Below, in pieces: positions 1 to 12,069 of a stretch of 64,000 nucleotides of DNA. Within the stretch, counting starts at the first letter, position 1; every line of letters begins with the position of its first letter. The translations under genes were made by a program, and so were the position numbers. Under the pieces are notes generated by a model. It worked only from the letters and a program-made list of their open reading frames with translations, searched no databases and had not been told where the DNA came from. Source of the stretch: the human T2T-CHM13v2.0 reference genome, Homo sapiens; the NCBI RefSeq assembly GCF_009914755.1, contig NC_060933.1; one strand, 5' to 3'.

Positions 1-879
1 CATTCCGTTCCGTTGCATTCCATTCCATTCCATTCCATTCTATTCGGGTTAATTCCATTCCATTCCATTCGATTGCAGTCGAGTTGATTCCATTCCATTC
101 CATTCCATTCCATTCCATTCCTTTCCATTCCATTACGGATGATTCCATTCCATTGCATTCCATTCCATTCCATTCCCCTGTACTCGGGTTGATTCCATTC
201 CATTCCATTCCAATCCATGCCATTCCACTCGTGTTGATTCCATTCTTTCCTTTCCATTCAAGTTGAATCCATTCCATTGCATTCCATTCCATTCGATTCC
301 ATTCTATTGCACTCGGGTTGATTCCATGGCATTGCATTCCATTCCATTGCATTCCATTCCATTCCATTCCATTCCGTTGCATTCCATTCCATTACATTCA
401 GATTGATTCTATTCAACTCCCTTACTCTCCATTACATTCCATTCCCTTCGGGTTGTTCCATTCCATTCCATTCCATTCCACTCCATTCCATTGCACTCGG
501 GTTGATTCCATTCCATTCCATTCCATTCCATTCCATTCCATTCCATTCCGGATGATTCCATTCCATTGCATTCCGTTCCATTACATTCCCCTGCACTCGC
601 GTTGATTCCATTCCATTCCATTCCCTTCCATTCAATTCCATTCCATTACAATTCGTTCCATTCCATTCTATTCAGTACCATTCCATTCCATTCCATACCA
701 TTCCATTCCATTCCATTCCATTCCATTCCGTTCCATTGCGTTCCATTCCATTCCATTCCATTCTATTCGGGTTAATTCCATTCCATTCCATTCCATTCCA
801 TTCCATTCCATTCTATTCCATTCCATTGCAATCGAGTTGAATCCATTGCAGTTCATTCCATTCCATTCCATTCCATTCC

Positions 880-894
880 ATTCCGGAAGATTCC
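880..894. promoter_or_regulatory. Perfect three-unit heat-shock element aTTCcgGAAgaTTCc (representative of ~39 copies across the window)
   Basis: Matches the canonical HSF1 consensus nTTCnnGAAnnTTCn. HSF1 binding to Sat III in nuclear stress bodies is established; function of these particular sites is inferred. Confidence 0.6.
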
Positions 895-1085
895 ATTCCA
901 TTGCATTCCACTCCATTCCATTCCCCTGCACTCGCGTTGATTCCATTCCATTCCATTCCATTCCATTCCATCCATTCCGTTCTGTTCCGTTCCATTCCAT
1001 TCCATTCCATTCCATTCCATGCCGTTCCGTTCCATTCCATTCCATTCCATTCCATTCTATTCTGGTTAATTCCATTCCATTCCAT

Positions 1086-1099
1086 TCGATTGCAATCGA
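1086..1099. other. 14-bp perfect palindrome TCGATTGCAATCGA (representative of ~25 copies)
   Basis: Self-reverse-complementary. Also at ~1960, 4111, 4980, 10822, 11615, 12767, 23985, 27251, 28069, 33426, 43651, 44673, 45482, 49512, 52322, 53681, 54504, 59462, 60275 and 63904, among others. Confidence 0.85.
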
Positions 1100-2770
1100 G
1101 TTGTGTTCCATTCCATTCCATTCCATTCCATTCCATTGCTTTCCATTCCATTACGGATGATTCCATTCCATTGCATTCCATTCCATTCCATTCCCCTGTA
1201 CTCAGGTTGATTCCATTCCATTCCATTCCAATCCATGCCATTCCACTCGTGTTGATTCCATTCTTTCCATTCCATTCAAGTTGAATCCATTCCATTGCAT
1301 TCCATTCCATTCAATTCCATTCGATTGCACTCGGGTTGATTCCATTCCATTGCATTCCATTCCATTCCATTCCATTCCATTCCATTCCATTCCATTCCGT
1401 TCCATTCCATTCCTTTACATTCGGATTGATTCTATTCAATTCCCTTACACTCCGTTACATTCCATTCCATTCGGGTAGTTTCCATTCCATTCCATTCCAT
1501 TCCTCTCCATTCCATTGCACTCGGGTTGATTCCATTCCATTGCATTCCATTCCATTCCATTCAATTCCATTCCGTTCCATTCCATTCCATTACATTCGGA
1601 TTGATTCTATTCAACTCCCTTACTCTCCATTACATTCCATTCCATTCGGGTTGTTCCATTCCATTCCATTCCATTCCACTCCATTCCATTGCACTCGGGT
1701 TGATTCCATTCCATTCCATTCCATTCCATTCCATTCCATTCCATTCCGGAAGATTCCATTCCATTGCATTCCATTCCATTCCATTCCCATGCACTCGCGT
1801 TGATTCCATTCCATTCCATTCCATTCCATTCCATTCCATTCCATTCCTTTCCGTTCCATTCCATTCCATTCCATTCCATTCCAATCCATTCCATTCCGTT
1901 CTGTTCCGTTCCATTCCATTCCATTCCATTCTATTCAGGTTAATTCCATTCCATTCCATTCGATTGCAATCGAGTTGATTCCATTCCATTCCATTCCATT
2001 CCATTCCTTTCCATTCCATTACGGATGATTCCATTCCATTGCATTCCATTCCATTCCATTCCCCTGTACTCGGGTTGATTCCATTCCATTACATTCCAAT
2101 CCATGCCATTCCACTCGTGTTGATTCCATTCTTTCCATTCCATTCAAGTTGAATCCATTCCATTGCATTCCATTCCATTCCATTCCCCTGCAGTCGGGTT
2201 GTTTCCATTCCATTCCATTCCATTCCATTCCGTTCCGTTCCGTTCCATTCCATTCCATTCCATTCTATTCGGATTAATTCCATTCCATTCCATTCCATTC
2301 CATTCCATTCCAATCGAGTTGATTCCATTCCATTCCATTCCATTCCATTCCATTCCACTCCATTCCAGTCCTTTCCATTCCATTCCACTCGGGTTGATTC
2401 CAATGTATTCCTTTCCATTCCATTCCATTCCATTGCAATCGAGTTGATTCCATTGCTTTGCATTCCATTCCATTCCATTCCATTCCGGATGATTCCATTC
2501 CATTGCATTCCATTCCATTCCGTTCCCCTGCACTCGGGTTGATTCCATTCGATTCCACTCCATTCCGTTCCATTCCATTCCATTGCATTGTATTCGGGTT
2601 AATTCCATTCCATTCCATTCCATTCCATTACAATCGAGTTGATTCCATTCCATTCCATTCCATTCCAGTCCTTTCCATTCCATTCCTCTCGGGTTGATTC
2701 CATTCTATTAGTTTCCATTCCATTCCATTCCCTTCCATTCCACTCAGGTTTTTTCCATTCCTTTCCATTC

Positions 2771-2810
2771 CACTCGAATACATTCCCTCCTATTCCACTC
2801 AGAACGATTC
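2771..2810 (+). repeat. Recurrent landmark sub-block CACTCGAATACATTCCCTCCTATTCCACTC(A/G)GAACGATTC (representative of ~31 copies)
   Basis: Seen at ~2771, 5821, 6925, 7983, 9278, 9938, 13588, 16633, 19683, 20788, 21845, 23368, 24836, 26428, 28899, 31216, 32808, 34271, 35863, 38180, 39772, 41235, 42817, 46313, 48644, 50287, 51679, 53192, 57320, 58968 and 62976. Confidence 0.9.
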
Positions 2811-5800
2811 CATTCCATTCCATTCCATTCCATTCCATTCCATTCCATTTTGTTCCATTCCATTCTATTCCGTATCATTCCATTCCATTCCATTCCATTC
2901 CATTCCATTCCATTCCATTGTACTCGGGTTGATTCAATTCCATTGCATTCCATTCCATTCCATTCCATTCCATTCCATTCCATTCCGTTCCGTTCCGTTC
3001 CATTCCATTCCATTCCATTCCATTCCATTCCATTCCATTCCATTCCGTTCCGTTGCATTCCATTCCATTCCATTCCATTCTATTCGGGTTAATTCCATTC
3101 CATTCCATTCGATTGCAGTCGAGTTGATTCCATTCCATTCCATTCCATTCCATTCCATTCCTTTCCATTCCATTACGGATGATTCCATTCCATTGCATTC
3201 CATTCCATTCCATTCCCCTGTACTCGGGTTGATTCCATTCCATTCCATTCCAATCCATGCCATTCCACTCGTGTTGATTCCATTCTTTCCATTCCATTCA
3301 AGTTGAATCCATTCCATTGCATTCCATTCCATTCGATTCCATTCTATTGCACTCGGGTTGATTCCATGGCATTGCATTCCATTCCATTGCATTCCATTCC
3401 ATTCCATTCCATTCCGTTGCATTCCATTCCATTACATTCGGATTGATTCTATTCAACTCCCTTACTCTCCATTACATTCCATTCCCTTCGGGTTGTTCCA
3501 TTCCATTCCATTCCATTCCACTCCATTCCATTGCACTCGGGTTGATTCCATTCCATTCCATTCCATTCCATTCCATTCCATTCCGGATGATTCCATTCCA
3601 TTGCATTCCGTTCCATTACATTCCCCTGCACTCGCGTTGATTCCATTCCATTCCATTCCATTCCATTCAATTCCATTCCATTACAATTCGTTCCATTCCA
3701 TTCTATTCAGTACCATTTAATTCCATTCCATACCATTCCATTCCATTCCATTCCATTCCATTCCGTTCCATTCCGTTCCATTCCATTCCATTCCATTCTA
3801 TTCGGGTTAATTCCATTCCATTCCATTCCATTCCATTCTATTCCATTCCACTGCAATCGAGTTGAATCCATTGCAGTTCATTCCATTCCATTCCATTCCA
3901 TTCCATTCCGGAAGATTCCATTCCATTGCATTCCACTCCATTCCATTCCCCTGCACTCGCGTTGATTCCATTCCATTCCATTCCATTCCATTCCATCCAT
4001 TCCGTTCTGTTCCGTTCCATTCCATTCCATTCCATTCCATTCCATGCCGTTCCGTTCCATTCCATTCCATTCCATTCCATTCTATTCTGGTTAATTCCAT
4101 TCCATTCCATTCGATTGCAATCGAGTTGAGTTCCATTCCATTCCATTCCATTCCATTCCATTGCTTTCCATTCCATTACGGATGATTCCATTCCATTGCA
4201 TTCCATTCCATTCCATTCCCCTGTACTCAGGTTGATTCCATTCCATTCCATTCCAATCCATGCCATTCCACTCGTGTTGATTCCATTCTTTCCATTCCAT
4301 TCAAGTTGAATCCATTCCATTGCATTCCATTCCATTCAATTCCATTCGATTGCACTCGGGTTGATTCCATTCCATTGCATTCCATTCCATTCCATTCCAT
4401 TCCATTCCATTCCGTTCCATTCCATTCCTTTACATTCGGATTGATTCTATTCAATTCCCTTACACTCCGTTACATTACATTCCATTCGGGTAGTTTCCAT
4501 TCCATTCCATTCCATTCCTCTCCATTCCATTGCACTCGGGTTGATTCCATTCCATTGCATTCCATTCCATTCCATTCAATTCCATTCCGTTCCATTCCAT
4601 TCCATTACATTCGGATTGATTCTATTCAACTCCCTTACTCTCCATTACATTCCATTCCATTCGGGTTGTTCCATTCCATTCCATTCCATTCCATTCCACT
4701 CCATTCCATTGCACTCGGGTTGATTCCATTCCATTCCATTCCATTCCATTCCATTCCATTCCATTCCGGAAGATTCCATTCCATTGCATTCCATTCCATT
4801 CCATTCCCATGCACTCGCGTTGATTCCATTCCATTCCATTCCATTCCATTCTATTCCATTCCATTCCTTTCCGTTCCATTCCATTCCATTCCATTCCATT
4901 CCAATCCATTCCATTCCGTTCTGTTCCGTTCCATTCCATTCCATTCCATTCTATTCAGGTTAATTCCATTCCATTCCATTCGATTGCAATCGAGTTGATT
5001 CCATTCCATTCCATTCCATTCCATTCCATTCCATTCCATTCCTTTCCATTCCATTACGGATGATTCCATTCCATTGCATTCCATTCCATTCCATTCCCCT
5101 GTACTCGGGTTGATTCCATTCCATTCCATTCCAATCCATGCCATTCCACTCGTTTTGATTCCATTCTTTCCATTCCATTCAAGTTGAATCCATTCCATTG
5201 CATTCCATTCCATTCCATTCCCCTGCAGTCGGGTTGTTTCCATTCCATTCCATTCCATTCCATTCCGTTCCGTTCCGTTCCGTTCCATTCCATTCCATTC
5301 CATTCTATTCGGATTAATTCCATTCCATTCCATTCCATTCCATTCCATTCCAATCGAGTTGATTCCATTCCATTCCATTCCATTCCATTCCATTCCACTC
5401 CATTCCAGTCCTTTCCTTTCCATTCCACTCGGGTTGATTCCAATGTATTCCTTTCCATTCCATTCCATTCCATTGCAATCGAGTTGATTCCATTGCTTTG
5501 CATTCCATTCCATTCCATTCCATTCCGGATGATTCCATTCCATTGCATTCCATTCCATTCCGTTCCCCTGCACTCGGGTTGATTCCATTCGATTCCACTC
5601 CATTCCGTTCCATTCCATTCCATTGCATTGTATTCGGGTTAATTCCATTCCATTCCATTCCATTCCATTCCATTCCATTACAATCGAGTTGATTCCATTC
5701 CATTCCATTCCATTCCAGTCCTTTCCATTCCATTCCTCTCGGGTTGATTCCATTCTATTAGTTTCCATTCCATTCCATTCCCTTCCATTCCACTCAGGTT

Positions 5801-8800
5801 TTTTCCATTCCTTTCCATTCCACTCGAATACATTCCCTCCTATTCCACTCAGAACGATTCCATTCCATTCCATTCCATTCCATTCCATTCCATTCCATTC
5901 CATTTCGTTCCATTCCATTCTATTCCGTATCATTCCATTCCATTCCATTCCATTCCATTCCATTCCATTCCATTCCATTCCATTCCATTGTACTCGGGTT
6001 GATTCAATTCCATTGCATTCCATTCCATTCCATTCCATTCCATTCCGTTGCATTCCATTCCATTACATTCGGATTGATTCTATTCAACTCCCTTACTCTC
6101 CATTACATTCCATTCCATTCGGGTTGTTCCATTCCATTCCATTCCATTCCACTCCATTCCATTGCACTCGGGTTGATTCCATTCCATTCCATTCCATTCT
6201 ATTCCATTCCTGATGATTCCATTCCATTGCATTCCGTTCCATTACATTCCCCTGCACTCGCGTTGATTCCATTCCATTCCATTCCATTCCATTCAATTCC
6301 ATTCCATTACAATTCGTTCCATTCCATTCTATTCCGTACCATTCCATTCCCTTCCATTCCGTTCCATTCCATTCCATTCCATGCTATTCGAATTAATTCC
6401 ATTCCATTCCATTCCATTCCATTCCATTCTATGCGTGTTAATTCCATTCCATTCCATTCCATTCCAATCGAGTTGATTCCATTCCATTCCATTCCATTCC
6501 ATTCCACTCCATTCCAGTCCTTTCCATTCCATTCCACTCGGGTTGATTCCAATTTATTCCTTTCCATTCCATTCCATTCCATTACAATCGAGTTGATTCC
6601 TTTGCTTTGCATTCCATTCCATTCCATTCCATTCCGGATGATTCCATTCCATTGCATTCCATTCCATTCCATTCCCCTGCACTCGGGTTGATTCCATTCC
6701 ATTCCACTCCATTCCGTTCCATTCCATTCCATTTCATTGTATTCGGGTTAATTCCATTCCATTCCATTCCATTCCATTCCATTACAATCGAGTTGATTCC
6801 ATTCCATTCCATTCCATTCCAGTCCTTTCCATTCCATTCCACTCTGGTTGATTCCATTCTATTAGTTTCCATTCCATTCCATTCCCTTCCATTCCACTCT
6901 GGTTGATACCATTCCTTTCCATTCCACTCGAATACATTCCCTCCTATTCCACTCAGAACGATTCCATTCCATTCCATTCCATTCCATTCCATTTCGTTCC
7001 ATTCCATTCTATTCCGTATCATTCCATTCGATTCCATTCCATTCCATTCCATTCCATTCCATTCCATTCCATTGTACTCGGGTTGATTCAATTCAATTGC
7101 ATTCCATTCCATTCCTTTCCATTCCATTCCATTCCATTCCGTTACATTCCATTCCATTACATTCGGATTGATTCTATTCAACTCCCTTACTCTCCATTAC
7201 ATTCCATTGCACTCGGGTTGATTCCATTCCATTCCATTGCATTCCATTCCATTCCATTCCCCTGTACTCGGGTTGATTCCATTCCATTCCATTCCAATCC
7301 ATGTCATTCCACTCGTGTTGATTCCATTCTTTCCATTCCATTCAAGTTGAATCCATTCCATTGCATTCCATTCCATTCCATTCCCCTGCAGTCGGGTTGT
7401 TTCCATTCCATTCCATTCCATTCCATTCCCTTCCATTCCATTCCGTTCCGTTCCATTCCATTCCATTCCATTCTATTCGGATTAATTCCATTCCATTCCA
7501 TTCCATTCCATTCCATTCCAATCGAGTTGATTCCATTCCATTCCATTCCATTCCATTCCACTCCATTCCAGTCCTTTCCATTCCATTCCACTCGGGTTGA
7601 TTCCAATGTATTCCTTTCCATTCCATTCCATTCCATTGCAATCGAGTTGATTCCATTGCTTTGCATTCCATTCCATTCCATTCCATTCCGGATGATTCCA
7701 TTCCATTGCATTCCATTCCATTCCATTCCCCTGCACTCGGGTTGATTCCATTCGATTCCACTCCATTCCGTTCCATTCCATTCCATTGCATTGTATTCGG
7801 GTTAATTCCATTCCATTCCATTCCATTCCATTCCATTCCATTACAATCGAGTTGATTCCATTCCATTCCATTCCATTCCAGTCCTTTCCATTCCATTCCT
7901 CTCGGGTTGATTCCATTCTATTAGTTTCCATTCCATTCCATTCCCTTCCATTCCACTCAGGTTTTTTCCATTCCTTTCCATTCCACTCGAATACATTCCC
8001 TCCTATTCCACTGAGAACGATTCCATTCCATTCCATTCCATTCCATTCCATTCCATTCCATTCCATTTCTTTTCGTTCCATTCCATTCTATTCCGTATCA
8101 TTCCATTCCATTCCATTCCATTCCATTCCATTCCATTCCATTCCATTCCATTCCATTGTACTCGGGTTGATTCAATTCCATTGCATTCCATTCCATTCCA
8201 TTCCATTCCATTCCGTTGCATTCCATTCCATTACATTCGGATTGATTCTATTCAACTCCCTTACTCTCCATTCCATTCCATTCCATTCGGGTTGTTCCAT
8301 TCCATTCCATTCCATTCCACTCCATTCCATGGCACTCGGGTTGATTCCATTCCATTCCATTCCATTCCATTCCATTCCGGATGAATCCATTCCATTGCAT
8401 TCCGTTCCATTACATTCCCCTGCACTCGCGTTGATTCCATTCCATTCCATTCCATTCCATGCCATTCCACTCGTGTTGATTCCATTCTTTCCATTCCATT
8501 CAAGTTGAATCCATTCCATTGCATTCCCTTCCATTCCATTCCCCTGCACTCGCGTTGATTCCATTCCATTCCATTCCATTCCATTCCATTCCATTCCATT
8601 CCATTCCATTCCTTTCCGTTCCATTCCATTCCATTCCATTCCATTCCGTTCCGTTCCGTTCCGTTCCGTTCCGTTCCGTTCCAATCCATTCCATTCCATT
8701 CTATTCGGGTTAATTCCAATCCATTTCATTCGATTGCAATGGAGTTGATTCCATTCCATTCCATTCCATTCCATTCCTTTCCATTCCATTACGGATGATT

Positions 8801-11800
8801 CCATTCCATTCCATTCCACTCCACTCCATTCCAGTCCTTTCCATTCCATTACTCTCGGGTTGATTCCATTCTATTCCTTTCCATTCCATTCCATTCCATT
8901 GCAATCGAGTTGATTCCATTGCTTTGCATTCCATTCCATTCCATTCCATTCCGGATGATTCCATTCCATTGCATTCCATTCCATTCCATTCCCCTGCAAT
9001 CGTGTTGATTCCATTCCATTCCACTCCATTCCGTTCCATTCCATTCCATTCCATTGTATTCGGGTTAATTCCATTCCATTCCATTCCATTCCATTCCATT
9101 CCATTCCATTCCATTCCATTACAATCGAGTTGATTCCATTCCATTCAATTCCATTCCATTCCATTCCATTCCAGTCCTTTCCATTCCATTGCACTCGGGT
9201 TGATTCCATTCTATTAGTTTCCATTCCATTCCATTCCCTTCCATTCCACTCTGGTTGATTAAATTCCTTTCCATTCCACTCGAATACATTCCCTCCTATT
9301 CCACTCGGAACGATTCCATTCCATTCTATTCCATTCCATTCCATTCCATTCCATTCCATTTCGTTCCATTCCATTCTATTCCGTATCATTCCATTCCATT
9401 CCATTCCATTCCATTCCGTTCCGTTCCATTCCATTCCATTCCATTCTATTCGGGTTAATTCCATTCCATTCCATTCCATTCCATTCCAATCGAGTTGATT
9501 CCATTCCATTCCATTCCATTCCACTCGATTCCAGTCCTTTCCATTCCATTCCACTCGGGTTGATTCCAATGTATTCCTTTCCATTCCATTCCATTCCATT
9601 GCAATCGAGTTGATTCCATTGCTTTGCATTCCATTCCATTCCGGATGATTCCATTCCATTGCATTCCATTCCATTCTATTCCCCTGCACTCGGGTTGATT
9701 CCATTCCATTCCACTCCATTCCGTTCCATTCCATTCCATTCCATTGTATTCGGGTTAATTCCATTCCATTCCATTCCATTCCATTCCATTCCATTACAAT
9801 CTAGTTGATTCCATTCCATTCCATTCCATTCCAGTCCTTTCCATTCCATTCCACTCGGGTTGATTCCATTCTATTAGTTTCCATTCCATTCCATTCCCTT
9901 CCATTCCACTCTGGTTGATACCATTCCTTTCCATTCCACTCGAATACATTCCCTCCTATTCCACTCGGAACGATTCCATTCCATTCCACTCCATTCCATT
10001 CCATTCCATTCCATTTCGTTCCATTCCATTCTATTCCGTATCATTCCATTCCATTCCATTTCATTCCATTCCATTCCATGCCATTGTACTCGGGTTGATT
10101 CAATTCCATTGCATTCCATTCCATTCCATTCCATTCCATTCCGTTGCATTCCATTCCATTACATTCGGATTGATTCTATTCAACTCCCTTACTCTCCATT
10201 ACATTCCACTCCATTCGGGTTGTTCCATTCCATTCCATTCCACTCCATTCCATTGCACTCGGGTTGATTCCATTCCATTCCATTCCATTCCATTCCATTC
10301 CCGATGATTCCATTCCATTGCATTCCGTTCCATTACATTCCCCTACACTCGCGTTGATTCCATTCCATTCCATTCCATTGCATTCAATTCCATTCCATTA
10401 CAATTCGTTCCATTCCATTCTATTCGGTACCATTCCATTCCATTCCATACCATTCCATTCCATTCCATTCCATTCCATTCCGTTCCATTCCGTTCCATTC
10501 CATTCCATTCCATTCTATTCGGATTAATTCCATTCCATTCCATTCCATTCCATTCTACTCCATTCCATTGCAATCGAGTTGAATCCATTGCATTTCATTC
10601 AATCCATTCCATTCCATTCCATTCCGGAAGATTCCATTCCATTGCATTCCATTCCATTCCATTCCCCTGCACTCGCGTTGATTGCATTCCATTCCATTCC
10701 ATTCCATTCCATCCGTTCCGTTCCATTCCATTCCATTCCATTCCATTCCATTCCATTCCATTCCGTTCCGTTCCATTCCATTCCATTCCATTCTATTCGG
10801 GTTAATTCCATTCTTTTCCATTCGATTGCAATCGAGTTGATTCCATTCCATTCCATTCCTTTCCATTCCATTACGGATGATTCCATTCCATTGCATTCCA
10901 TTCCATTCCATTCCCCTGTACTCGGGTTGATTCCATTCCATTCCATTCCAATCCATGCCATTCCACTCGTGTTGATTCCATTCTTTCCATTCCATTCAAG
11001 TTGAATCCATTCCATTGCATTCCATTCCATTCGATTCCATTCGATTGCACTCGGGTTGATTCCATTCCATTGCATTCCATTCCATTCCATTCCGTTCCAT
11101 TCCATTCCATTACATTCGGATTGATTCTATTCAATTCCCTTACACTCCATTACATTCCATTCCATTCGGGTAGTTTCCATTCCATTCCATTCCATTCCTC
11201 TCCATTCCATTGCACTCGGGTTGATTCGATTCCATTGCATTCCATTCCATTCCATTCCATTCCATTCCGTTCCATTCCATTCGATTACATTCGGATTGAT
11301 TCTATTCAACTCCCTTACTCTCCATTACATTCCATTCCATTCGGGTTGTTCCATTCCATTCCATTCCATTCCACTCCATTCCATTGCACTCGTGTTGATT
11401 CCATTCCATTCCATTCCATTCCATTCCATTCCATTCCGGAAGATTCCATTCCATTGCATTCCATTCCATTCCATTCCCCTGCACTCGCGTTGATTCCATT
11501 CCATTCCATTCTATTCCATTCCATTCCCTTCCTTTCCGTTCCATTCCATTCCATTCCGTTCCGTTCCATTCCATTCCATTCCATTCTATTCGGGTTAATT
11601 CCATTCCATTCCATTCGATTGCAATCGAGTTGATTCCATTCCATTCCATTCCATTCCATTCCGGAAGATTCCATTCCATTGCATTCCATTCCATTCCATT
11701 CCCCTGCACTCGCGTTGATTCCATTCCATTCCATTCCATTCCATTCCATTCCATTCCATTCCTTTCCGTTCCATTCCATTCCATTCCATTCCATTCCAAT

Positions 11801-12069
11801 CCATTCCATTCCGTTCCGTTCCGTTCCATTCCATTCCATTCCATTCTATTCGGGTTAATTCCATTCCATTCCATTCAATTGCAATCGAGTTGATTCCATT
11901 CCATTCTATTCCATTCCATTCCATTCCATTCCATTCCTTTCCATTCAATTCCATTACGGATGATTCCATTCCATTGCATTCCATTCCATTCCATTCCCCT
12001 GTACTCGGGTTGATTCCATTCCATTCCATTCCAATCCATGCCATTCCACTCGTGTTGATTCCATTCTTC

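Larger units (their letters stand above)
1..6047 (+). repeat. ~3.03-kb higher-order repeat units (about 2 copies visible)
   Basis: Markers CCATGGCATTGC (~324, ~3364) and CCCATGCACTCGCG (~1787, ~4806), and the landmark at ~2771/~5821. ORF offsets are 3020-3040. Confidence 0.88.
1..8460 (+). repeat. Copy 1 (left-truncated by the window) of a near-identical duplication, offset 13,862 bp
   Basis: ORF track repeats at exactly +13,862 (318/14180, 4851/18713, 6903/20765, 8181/22043). Base 1 matches 13863. The match ends at 8460/22322 (…TTCCAT|GCC vs …TTCCAT|TCAA). Confidence 0.93.

Noticed and set aside
402-416. DUX4-like reading of TTGATTCTATTCA
   Set aside because: It does not fit the TGATTRRRTTA consensus in spacing or bases.
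2774-2810. GAA…TTC pairs in the landmark (GAATACATTC, GAACGATTC) as heat-shock elements
   Set aside because: Spacing between GAA and TTC is 4 and 3 bases, not the required 2.
6386-6399. Overlapping short palindromes ATTCGAAT / GAATTAATTC (also ~20250, 22417, 25402, 29487)
   Set aside because: These are simple derivatives of the ATTCGGGTTAATTCC terminator, too short to form a stable structure, and their copies are explained by duplication.
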